Shown here piece by piece: positions 8,886 to 19,693 of a stretch of 39,738 nucleotides of DNA. Numbering within the stretch: position 1 is the stretch's first letter; every line of letters begins with the position of its first letter. The position numbers and the translations under genes are program-made. The notes under the pieces are model-generated. The model did not search any database and was not told where the DNA came from. It saw only the letters and a program-made list of their open reading frames with translations. The DNA lies in assembly GCA_013115145.1 (NCBI GenBank), contig JAAPAO010000321.1, positions 1 through 39,738 on the forward strand, read 5' to 3'. This DNA comes from Perkinsus chesapeaki ATCC PRA-425 (Eukaryota; Protista; Perkinsozoa).

Positions 8886-11693
8886 ATGATATCTTTGAGT
8901 ATCTTGTATCTGCTCATTGGATTGGTTGCTTGTTGGGATATAGATGGTCATGAAGCTGTTGGTATGGTGGCGATGTCAGCTTTGGATGGTCGAGCATCAA
9001 ATCAACTTAAAAGGCTTCTTCAAGGCAAGGACGCTGTAGAGGATGCCGGTAAGGAAGAGGAGCGATATTATATAGTGATAGCTTACCTGCGAGTGAAAAG
9101 TTGACCTTATAATCAGAGCTAGTGGCAATCCAATTCTTTCAAAGCCTATCGAATCTAGTGTATATAGGAAGTGAAGAGTATCGGCAAGAGTTCTTCCTGT
9201 CTGGTTTTAACAAATGATCTCAAGCTGTTATTTTTGATATTTCCATTGTTCCGCTTCAGGATGGGCTCATAAAGCAGAGTCGGCTATACCGTGGTCAAAG
9301 CCTTTACATTTCATCCAGCAACCTGAGCCATATTCGAACGCTCTGGTAGCTAACGAAATTACATGTCCGCGCGGTGACTGTCTTTTGGAGGCTATTAAAT
9401 ACTTTTATGATCAAGCTAAGGGGGATACCTCCAAGGTAGTACGGACAGCTAGAGGTGTCAGAAAAATGGTGGGTATTAAGTTTTAGAGGATGCTTTCAGT
9501 ACGATGCGATGTGAGGTTTTTTTGTAAATGCTAGAGGTGTCAGAAAAGTATGTAATATAAATCAGTATAGTTAAATGGTATTGCTTTTACTCCTATAGCA
9601 GCAGAGATGCATGCATTTTGGAGATAGGAGATTATTATTACCTGTTGTTAGCTTGGCAATCATTGTTGCCGATGCTATGGCCTTCCACTAGTAATATATC
9701 CTGAACTGTTACTTGGCAATGTTGGGGGCTTCCGCGGATAGTACAGAGTACTTATTGCCGTCATGAAGGGGTTGTTCTTGGAAGAAAAAGGAGGGGGGGT
9801 CTATGTCGCCAGCTGGACGTGGTATCAAGCATCTCAGGCGGGATCATGCTTGAGTATCATCTGATAGTGTTTGTGATGCCGCCCATCCTATTGGGAATTA
9901 AGGTTGTAAGATATATATCATTATAGACGCAAATCAGTAGTATTTATATATTAAAGTACACATTTAAATGGTATTTGAATATTTGGTCAATTGCCACTGC
10001 TGTTGTAGACATCTCAAAAAGACCGTTTGATGAGATCGTCGACGAGGCTACCGACGCAGGTCACAGATGCTGACGCAGTCAGGTTTCTGATAAACTTGAT
10101 AGGAGATATGCATCAACCCCTACACGAGGGTTTCGAGAGTAAGAGTATCTTAGGTTAAAGTGCGCATGTGCCTGATAATATTCAGGTGATGATTTCGGTC
10201 GAAAGACTCTCGTGGAGCTGCCGGACCATTCGACTTTATCTCTTTATGATGTAGTATAGGAATTAGAAGTCACGCGCCACAAAATAAGACTCGGAAACTC
10301 TCTGACACTTTTGACAAAGTCCTGTTGAAAAAAAACATATTTACCGTTGCTCTTTTCGATTTTATTTCGACCTTGAAAGGAAATAGCATTTCACTGCATC
10401 CGTGTTTATATATTATTATTATGTCAGCTATGGGACCATGAGATCATACAGAGTACCATAAAGAATCATCCTCAGTTTTGGTGGAGTGGTTGGACTCATA
10501 TTCAAAGAGTAGATGCTAATGTAAGAATACAATCTCACATATTTTGTATCCTGCATGCTTCGAGCTAAGATATTCTTATCGTTTAGAGCTATGCCGCTGA
10601 TAAGAAGCTTTGGCATGAAGATAACACTGCAGCTCTCACCAAATGGGCGAACGAAAACGCGGAAATTGCGAATAATCTGTAATAGCTGGGGATCGAACCG
10701 GGGACCTTTTGATTGTGAGCTGTTTCAGCATATACACCAACCCGCTGACCAAAGAGCGCCTCCCTATTGGCACCGGCAATCCCATTCCTGTCGACCACGC
10801 TTTGCTGGACAAATGGCGTCAATTGATAATTCAGCAAATTTTATTAGCCGGCTCGAGGACCGCTATCGTTCTCAACGACATCCTCGAATCCAGCGCTGCT
10901 CCTGGGCTCAGATCTGTAATGATTCGGGGAAGGAGTGGTAGGGTGGTTGAAAGTTGATAATATATTGTATAAAGCAGTTGCTAGCTTATATTATAATTGG
11001 GCCATGTTTTATTAGTTTTTCTTTCATTTATGAAATATCACAGCGCGTATTAGTATATTATACGAATGAATAGATCAGTATATAAAATTAGTAATATGTG
11101 CTGCCCGACATGAACTACGACTAGTAGATATATAATTATATTGGCATTGTGGGTCATTCTTAAGAATTGCCGGGAAAGGAGGCTCCGTGGATGAGGAGTG
11201 CATGCTCCCGCTCTAAAGGAGAAGAGTAAATGGTCACATTCCTCAACATGAGTGGGGCTGTGGAAAACTGAGCATTAGGGACATAGAGGACCGCGAGCGT
11301 CGGAAATTATACGGCGGAGGGAGATCTATGAATATCAGAGTAATTTTTATGGGTCAATTTTAAAAGGAGACAGCGACACTGTTAGGACTAGTGGTATAGG
11401 GGATAGATTATCATGAATTTGCTTTGCAGGGAAGTATCGTAACAGCACCGGCTGGAAACGACATCGAAATTGATGATGTTATGTCGGACGATCATGCAGC
11501 GAGACGTCCTCGGAAATTGGATACCAAAACCGATATAATGTTGCAGCTGGCGATTATGGCCGGAGTTGTTGTGATCGGTCTGGGGGCATATTTGGCATTT
11601 ACGTTCGTTTCCAAACGGAAGTCCGGTGGAGGGGAGAGCGGTGGGATAAGGCTGCCAACGGTTGTACAGAGCAAGAAGGAAATGATTGATTGA
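8886..11693 (+). CDS. S1/P1 nuclease-family protein with signal peptide and C-terminal TM anchor (8 exons)
   Basis: Signal peptide then WDIDGH (Trp1/His6). In-frame exons give GWAHK..PLHF, CPRGDCLLEAI, FLINLIGDMHQPLHEGF, SLYD/LWDH, KWANEN and QQILLAGSRTAIVLN. The TM segment is IMAGVVVIGLGAYLAFTFV, followed by SKRK. Confidence 0.88.
10679..10728 (-). repeat. Degenerate tRNA-like 3' half (antisense) filling a 50-nt intron
   Basis: The reverse complement reads GCTCACAATCAAAAGGTCCCCGGTTCGATCCCCAGC (anticodon-loop-like, variable-loop AGGTC, B-box GGTTCGATCCC). It is 22/23 identical to 32194-32216. Confidence 0.7.
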
Positions 11694-11910
11694 AGAAGAT
11701 ATTTTATAATATACGAAAATCTACATAGTGCGGAGTAGGAATCTTTTCGCTAGAATTGGTTAGCTATCTGACGCTGTTATAAGTTAACCTATTTTGTATC
11801 TTTTCAATGGTACTGCTGGGTTAGTTGGGTGGCTATTGTTTCCTCTTTTGAATGGTCTTGTGTTACAGGGAGGTTGACGTATCTTTTCGATATTTAATAT
11901 GTTAAATTTT

Positions 11911-12012
11911 AACCTCGAGAATCTTCCAAAAATGAAAAACTCTAAACTTCAACCTCGAGAATCTTTTGAAAATGAAAAACCTTAAATTCCAACCTCGAGA
12001 ATCTTTTGAAAA
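11911..12012. repeat. 40-bp tandem repeat (about 2.5 copies), core AACCTCGAGAATC; extra core copy at 12163
   Basis: Cores at 11911, 11951 and 11991 (exact 40-bp period). Confidence 0.9.
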
Positions 12013-12202
12013 CGGTAGTACTTTGAGTAATACTAGCGAGGTTGATTATTGTTTGATGGAAATTAACAGTATGAAAATATTTACCTTTTCGGTTATCCCC
12101 ACGGTGATTTGAAGCGCTGAATGAGAACTGATATCTTTCACCGATTGATACTCGTGAATTTCAACCTCGAGAATCCTTTTAGTTTGCGCATGCGTGCAGA
12201 TA

Positions 12203-13342
12203 ATGAATAGTCTCTTTTTATCGGCTGCGGCTCTTCAGCAGCATCCATCTGATCAAGTGATGGAATCATCATCGAATGGGGGTAATACCAAATTGGGGGG
12301 GAGTTTTGAAAAAGTCGGTATGAGTGGTGATACTGTGCGAGTGCATTTTATTGATAACACTTATCGGGACATCAGGAATCTGTCCCCCGACACAACCGTG
12401 TCAGAGCTCCTCTTCAAGCTCCAGCAGAAAGATTCAAAAGCAGGTCGAATGAACATTTATTTCGTGGCGAGCGGTCGGATAGGGGTATATGAGAGGAAGC
12501 TCGAGGAGTCGGAGAAACCTCTGAATGTCTTCCATGAAGGAACCACCGGTAAATTAGTTGTCCATTCGCCTGGAGAAAAGTTAACCTCGAAAATATCTTT
12601 TGTCGATCAACCTGAAAGTGCTCGTGGAGATGTCCTGAGGCGCGGCTGGCTCGACAAACTTTCATCTGACGGTAAAAAATGGAAGCCGAGAATTTTCACT
12701 TTGCGGTCGAACACCCTGACATATGGTGCTGAAGGCAGGCCGGAGAGGACCCTCGATTTGGTGAATTGTGAGAAAGTTGTCGCCGGAGATGGGCGGAGCG
12801 ATGCGGGAGAATCTAAGAGAATCTTCAGGGTTGTTATGGACACACGGACGTTGACTTTGCGCGCCACTACTGCGGCTGATCGAGACATGTGGGTGCTGTC
12901 GGTGGCGAAGAGCGCGGCAATTTTGAAAGAGAATAAGATTCTGGAGCAAGCTTCGGTGGCGATGAGAGAAAATAATAAGAGGAAGATGAATTCGGAGATC
13001 AAAGGGCTGTTTTCGTTGACGCAAAGTGTCGACTCACTGTTGAGTTTTTCCTGTGAAGCTCGAGATGTTTTTTTAAGCCATACGATCGATTGTGTGGAGA
13101 GCAGTCAGGAGGCCGAGGGGGAGGATATCGATTACCAGGGCGTGCGCGATTATGTCATGGGGTATGGAGAGCCTGGCTTGAGGGAAAGAATTGGGGAGAA
13201 AGAATTTGATAAGATTGACGGGTGGATGAAAAAGAAAGCTTTCCCAGTTATTATTAATAGGGAAAGCTTTTTGACACGCTTGGCGCAAATTTACGCGGCG
13301 AAGCCGAGGCGGTCTGAGAGCTATTCTCAGTATCTTGACTAG
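12203..13342 (+). CDS. RA/ubiquitin-like + PH domain protein, possibly with a degenerate RGS-like C-terminus
   Basis: VRVHFIDNTYRDI...DTTVSELL is RA/FERM-F1-like. LRRGWLDKL...KWKPRIFTLR...TLTLRA....DRDMWV is a PH domain. Confidence 0.8.
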   Translation: MNSLFLSAAALQQHPSDQVMESSSNGGNTKLGGSFEKVGMSGDTVRVHFIDNTYRDIRNLSPDTTVSELLFKLQQKDSKAGRMNIYFVASGRIGVYERKLEESEKPLNVFHEGTTGKLVVHSPGEKLTSKISFVDQPESARGDVLRRGWLDKLSSDGKKWKPRIFTLRSNTLTYGAEGRPERTLDLVNCEKVVAGDGRSDAGESKRIFRVVMDTRTLTLRATTAADRDMWVLSVAKSAAILKENKILEQASVAMRENNKRKMNSEIKGLFSLTQSVDSLLSFSCEARDVFLSHTIDCVESSQEAEGEDIDYQGVRDYVMGYGEPGLRERIGEKEFDKIDGWMKKKAFPVIINRESFLTRLAQIYAAKPRRSESYSQYLD

Positions 13343-13634
13343 AAGCGTGCAAGATGCAAAATTGGTCAACTTGGCAGTATGTAATATAGTAGTATCCTAG
13401 TGGTATCCTTGCTTGAATCGCACACGGTGAAGATGGGCTAATCTGGAGAGGAGTGTGTAGTGGTGAGAGTATACTGGTTCGGGATTTGAAGATATCTTGG
13501 CTTGAAGCGTGCAAGGCACAAAACAGGCTAATTTAGAGACCAGTGTTAGCTTGGTTTATGGTAAAATATATGTGTTTGTGATTTGATCGTATCTTTGCTT
13601 GGAGCGTGCAAGATGTAAGGTAGCTCAACTTACG
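13330..13634 (+). repeat. Four degenerate ~46-bp direct repeats (GTATCTT..TTGAAGCGTGCAAG...GCTAA..AG) with unique spacers
   Basis: Units at 13330, 13403, 13492 and 13589; spacers 25, 43 and 52 bp. Confidence 0.8.
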
Positions 13635-13720
13635 TACCATTCATGTATCTTTCATCCTCCTCCCATTTCTCTTGAATTAACCTTCCCTCACCTTTGCCAG
13701 GATTGTTTTCTTCTTTTCAA

Positions 13721-16397
13721 ATGGCAAATGTCTCTACAGAACCATCATCATCTCCTCCTCCCCATCAAATAACTTTCGGTCCCTCCGAAGACCCCCATCG
13801 GTATCGCCTAGGCAGGCAGATCGGCGCCGGTGCCACTTCAAAGGTTTTCGAATGTGTTAGAATCGCCGACGGGCAAGTGCTTGCCGTGAAAATCATGGCA
13901 CTGGGTCAGGTCAATGCCGACCCAGATCGAAGCGAAGTTTCTATCTTGAAGCGTTTGGACCACCGGAACATCGTCAAGGTGTTCGATGCCATACCTCGAG
14001 GACCGCTCATTTACATGGTGATGGAATATGTGGGCGAAGGAGAGCTATTCAATTCGATCATTACCGATGAAAGATTCTCCGAAGAAATGGTGGTGAAATT
14101 TATATTCTGTCAAATTGTCGACGCCCTCCTCTATCTTCACAGCAATGGTGTCATCCACCGCGATCTCAAACCTGAGAACATCCTCATTGCTTCGACCCAC
14201 ACCGGGACATCTGAGGACCCTCTGCCGCTCGGCTACCCCCTCGTAGACGGTATGACTTTCTATCCGATAATCAAACTTGCCGATTTCGGCCTTTCCCGAG
14301 TGGTCACATCAGCCACGCTCGGTCGAGCCACGACAGTTGTGGGAACTCCTCAATATTGGGCACCAGAAGTGATCAAGAGCAAGGAGACTGGTGCTGGTTA
14401 TGATGGTCGGGCAGACAACTGGAGCCTCGGAGTCTTACTCTTTGTCATGCTAGGTGAGAAAAGCGCGCCATTACGATCGATTTGGGTCGAGGGGAAATAT
14501 TGGTTAATGCGAGCAACAAATAGCATGTTCCTGAAATCATTTTTTAACTATTTTCCCGTATTTTTTCCATGCAGAAAAACTGTGAAATGATTATTGGATC
14601 GTGCTCTATGATCGGTCAGTTATAGTTCTATACCAAATGTTAATAATAAATTTGATGGATGTAGAAGTGTGGTACATGGTAGGTTTTATGATCGAGACAC
14701 TTGAAAATTTTTAGGGACGGAAATTCTGTATGCGAGCTCACGGCAGTGTGGCAGATTTGACCAATAAAACGAATTAATTTTCCCTATGGTTATACGTTGG
14801 ATTGAACCAGAGTCCTCCGGGTTCAAAGCCGGACATCTTATCCTTTTCAGCTAAGCGTTACCCGTTCACAGCGAGCAAGAAGAATGGCTTATCTATTAAT
14901 GATCGTATTCGTCGTGGAGAGTACTCCTTCAATAAAATGGAGGATGTCTGCCCCAAGGCCAAGGATCTCATCAGTCGGCTTATAGTCGTCGACCCAGCTA
15001 AACGCATCACTCTCGAAGATGCGCTTCATCACCCTTGGCTGGCCGACTTTCCTCTAGCAGTGAAGCTTGCTCATACGTGGACGCCGACGATGCCGCAGAC
15101 GCTTGTTGCGGAATTGCCAGGCATACTGTCAACGAAATCATCGGTGGTGATGCCGAGCGCGGTCGAGGAGGATCTCAGCCCGATTGCTAGTGAGGATGGA
15201 AGTGTACGGGAGTACCCAGTAGGCGTTAAAATTGTGGACGGAGGGAAGTGCGAACTGCCAACAATAAGGTCGAAAGATTCTGCGAAACGTGAGCTCCTCA
15301 GGCCAAACGCAGATGACGGCTTCGGTGCGAAGGCCGCCGAGAAGCTGAGACTTGATGAGCTTTGCAGCGCTCAGATGAGCGCTTGTGATTTGCTTCGGCA
15401 GGTCTACTTCTTGCTTCAAGATAAGCCTTTGGTGCAGGACAAGGTCGGGGCATTCATCTTGGACGCCCGCCAACTGCGCCACTCTACGACTGCCATTATG
15501 GGCAGATGTGCTGACATCGCCGAGGTTGTCGAGACGGATATCTCGGACATGACCCTTTTCGTTGAGGAAGGGGTGCCGGAGTGCGCGGTAGATTGTATGG
15601 CTTCGGTGAACTCGAAGTTGGTGGGGATGACGGAAAGCTGTGAAGAGCTTCAACAAGGACATGCACGGTTGGCTGCTCGAATGCAGAAGATAATTTCGGT
15701 TTTGCCCGGCGCGGCAAGCCGGTTGTCTCAGAAGCAACTACAAGCTATCAGCTACTACGAAAACGAATTACTCGACGGAGCTTCGACGGACAAATCCGCC
15801 CAAACTCTGGCGCTGCTCTTCGATCAGCTCGGTAACGTCTCTGAGGGAGGCTCACCGCTCGATTCCAGCTCGGACATTGCAGATGTTTACGACTTGCCGT
15901 TTTTGGCAGCCGGTCATGTCGTGTCCAAACGCGCTGGTAGCGCCGATACGACCACAACTACAACCTCGGTGAGTTCAGAGGCGGACAGTTCTACCGAGAG
16001 CAGCTTCGGCTCCTCCTCCTCGTCGTCTGCCGATCCTACTCGGTTGGTTGCGCGAAGCCTTGCCAAGCTGCGGAGAGTCGATGAAATCCTCTCTAGGATG
16101 TCTAATTTTTGGGCGAGTGTCGACCAGTCTGTGGCGAAGCTGTCCGACATGAGGGAGAACACCGAGAGACTTTTGCGGGGAGCGACGAAGTCTGACAGGA
16201 TCCTCAATCTCTTCAAGTCTCGAGCTGTCGAGTACCAAACTTTCTGGAGGGAATTTGGGCAGTCCTGCCGACGGTATGCGGAAGTGATGAGCCAAGGCAG
16301 CCAGAAGCTGACGGAACCTTTGGAGGTTACGAATCTTCCCGAAGCCGCCTCCCCGATCTCTGGGCGTTTGCCGGCGCTGAATGAGCAAGAAGCATAA
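13721..16397 (+). CDS. Ser/Thr protein kinase (CAMK/CHK2-like catalytic domain) with a long helical C-terminal region; 2 exons
   Basis: GAGATSKV, LAVK, HRDLKPEN, DFG, WAPE and DNWSLGV are all intact. Intron 14454-14850 (GTGAG...TTTCAG) joins ML/AKRYPF...RITLEDALHHPW. Confidence 0.93.
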
Positions 16398-17142
16398 GTT
16401 TGGTGATGTCTTGTTGTTGTTGTTTCTGTACTATGTGCACTATTCCACCATTCTATTTATCCGTGGATGAATCGCTATTAACTACTCTTGTCAACTACAT
16501 ATTAGCAACTACTACTGTCTCTGTGTTTCGGTCTGATGCTTATGTTTTCTGGATTTTCTAACTTTTCTTTGGGATTGTGTTGTCACAGTTCGCCGCCAAC
16601 TACAACTGCCTCGCGTGAGATTTCTCTGAGCGTGTTGATTTCTGAGAGTATGAATATAACTGATCTCGAGAAGTGGATATTCCGCTGGTTTTAAAATCGT
16701 GAAGGCGACTATTCTGACCTTTGTGGCTTCCTTTTCCAACGCCATCCAAACAATTCGGTTAGACTATCATCGCGATGGACTTTTTTGTGATCGGTCTCCA
16801 CCTCCACACACTTCTATCGTCCGTCCAACCAACTCGATGATGAGGTTGCATTCTGGGCTTCTACTGATAAATGTGGTAAAAGATTTTTTCAGTGCAGGGA
16901 AGAGACTAGTGCTTTGATGTCGTGTTAAGAATGGGTACCAAGAAGAGGCCTTCAAGATGGAACAATGCGATTCTGGAGGATTGTTAGTTTTTCTATCAGA
17001 ATATCTCCCCGTTAGATCTCACGGTGTGTGCATTACGTTGAAACACAGGACAAAAAAGTATGCATTTTTTTGGATGACTTTTCAGCAAACTGATCATTTT
17101 GGTGAACACTGCTGCTGGGTGACCGTGTAGTTGTCCGTTTTG

Positions 17143-19610
17143 ATGGCAAGCTTGGAAGAAATAAGGAAGGCCAAACACGATGAGTGGCTCCGTCGGCAAG
17201 AAGGGGACAAAGAAGGCAAAAAGCGTGCTCGAGATGAATCTATTACCGGTAAGGAGTGGCAAAGTTCACCAACTGCCATCCCACTTCGTATTCGAGATGG
17301 CCTATATCACCATAGACTATCCTTTCTGGTCACGAAGTGGCAAGAAATGCAAAGCAAACAATTTCTTGTGTGTGTTTCTGCCTTAATGTATTAGTGTGGG
17401 AATTTTACTGAATCTGTATAGAGTTCATGTCAACGTAAGATACTCACGCTAAGCCAAGTTCGGTCGAGGTTGACATCTCCGAAGAATCCCCGGCAGCCTC
17501 AGCAACAGCACCGAAAAGACTGAGGATTGGCAAAGGTGAGTTCTATACAGATCGTCATTTGGTCGTCCCACAGATCAGGCAATAACTCATTGAAATTCAT
17601 TCGAACCATTTTTATCAACAGCGACAGAACTCGCTGGCTGATTAGTTGTCGTCTTCGAAGAGTGTTTTATTATTCTGTAAAATGCTCAATGGTTCAGCAG
17701 CCAGCTGATATTGGATGATAATTCCGGCGGATTGTGCAATTTGTCTCCATTACGTGCCACGAAAGAATCTCCAAAAAGTGTTCACTCAACCGTTACGATT
17801 CCGACCATCCTCCTTCCTTCCAGTTGCCCAAAGCCTCACTGCGATATCATCAACGTTGAAGATCCTGACGTGGAATGTGGACGGCTTGGACCAGCATTCG
17901 GATGAAATCGACATGACAGCTCGAACGATGAGTGTCGCTGCGCACATAGCCGAGCAGCGGCCTCAGATTGTCCTCCTCCAAGTGAGTTAACTTCTCCGCC
18001 TCCCCCGCCTGCCCAAGGGGTCGAAGACCCTTCCGAGCTATCTTGGCAAGTGTCCCTCTGTACACTGCCGCCAGGAGAGGATACTATCTTTCAGGAGTTG
18101 GTCGACTTCAATCTTCAATGGTTCAAGAGGCTCCTTTCCGAGTTCTACGATTTCTACATTCAATCCTCACCAGCTCTCCCCTACTTCGTTGGCATCCTCA
18201 TCGATCGTTCAGCAGTGTGCGTGAAAGGCCCTCTCATCACGGACAATTTCTCCACCACTAAAATGGGCCGCGCCTTGGTAAAGCATGACGTCCTGCCTTC
18301 CGTGAATTCCGGTTCAGGTTTCTTTGACCGGCGCAATCCTCCTACCTGGTGGAAATCGAATAAACCTGCATGTGGCAACGGCGCATTTGGAGTCAACAAA
18401 GAGCTTCGGTAAAGCGAGAATCGAACAGCTTAAGGTGAACACCGCCGGGCATCCAATAGTAGAAACCAGAATGACCTCATGTGCTCATCAAAACCTGGGG
18501 CGTATCTTTCAAAGAGATTCTCTTTTGGTAGCTCTCGAAGTGGTCGAGTTTTTGGAAGCCTATTTTAATAAAGTACAGGCTAGCTGTAGAACGAATTCTT
18601 CTAAACCTTCGAAGCATGGTTCGAATGAGTTGCTGCTGATGTCACTCCGGGCGGCTTGTATTATGGACTCGAACCCTCCATGAGATTGGGTGTGACTCCG
18701 GTCGCTTTCCACTGGGCTCCTCGACGCGGATTGGTCTTCGATGACCCTTCAGGAATCCTTCGCCGATCTGCGTCGCTCCGTCGCCGAAAATGGCGCCTCA
18801 TTGGCAATCTTTGGGGGAGATTTGAACATCAGAGACAACGAGGTTCGAGAAGCACTTCAAGTGGGATCTGGTGAGGTTGACATTAAAGATTCTTGGGAGG
18901 TTAGTACAGCGACTACTGCGATGGAAAGGGTATCATTCCAGGCGTGCGGTCGACCGAAGGACGCTGAGTTTACTTGGGATATGAGAAGGAATGACAATCT
19001 GGGACTTAAAGGGAAGCCGAAAGCCAGGTGAGTTCCGATATCGGAGCAGGCACTGATGCGTACATAGAAAGTTTGGGTGGCGTTGTTCAGGCTTCATTAT
19101 TATTTGATTCACGTTTAATACTTTCTCAGTTTATTTCTGCTTACCACCATTGAGCGAAATTAACGTGAGTTTCGGTTCGTAAACCTTCTTAAAGTCCGAT
19201 GCGAATGACACTATTCTGTCAGAGTAGTTGATTATCCAAAAATCGCCTCTTAAATGGAAGGCCCCCACGGCTTGACTTACCCTTTGTCATCGCAAATGCT
19301 GAAATGAGCACCCTGCCGAGCAGCAGCACCTTGATTGCCTTGCACAGCGTTATTATTAGATTTCATGGAATTAATTTATTTAACGAAACATTCAACCAGC
19401 TGCATTTTTATTCATCTCAGGTTCGATCGGTTATATTTTGCGCACTGTGAAGAATTAAAGATATGCCCGATGAGCTTCAAGCTGGTCGGGACGGAAAGAT
19501 GCGACCTCGATGAGATTAAGGGAAAGAAGAGATTTCCAAGCGATCACTTCGGAATTGAATTTGAATTAAAAATCGATAAGAAAGTTATTGATTTAAGTGA
19601 TGACAGCTAG
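17143..19610 (+). CDS. TDP2: Tyrosyl-DNA phosphodiesterase 2 (EEP family), multi-exon
   Basis: Exons give LTWNVDGL, VLLQ/E, TKMGRAL, TAHLES, GGDLNIRD, DSWE, FTWDMRRNDN, RFDR and FPSDHFGI, in canonical TDP2 order. Confidence 0.92.
18662..18720 (-). repeat. Degenerate tRNA-like sequence (antisense) within a TDP2 intron
   Basis: The reverse complement GGAGCCCAGTGGAAAGCG...GGAGGGTTCGAGTCC has an A-box-like D arm and an exact B-box at tRNA-like spacing, but the stems pair poorly. Confidence 0.55.
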
Positions 19611-19693
19611 TACGTTTCTAATCGATCAGCTGATCTATTTGAGTTACCAACTCAGCACATAATGCATCAGAAACCATGACAGTCAATAATACA

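Noticed and set aside
9448-9547. 18-bp direct repeat GCTAGAGGTGTCAGAAAA in an S1/P1 intron
   Set aside because: It is a simple local duplication with no element structure evident.
13330-13634. CRISPR-like repeat-spacer appearance
   Set aside because: The repeats are degenerate, the spacers vary from 25 to 52 bp, there are no cas genes, and the context is eukaryotic.
14454-14590. C-terminus of the track ORF 13694-14590 as a truncated kinase
   Set aside because: It is read-through into the intron. The kinase continues in exon 2 at 14851.
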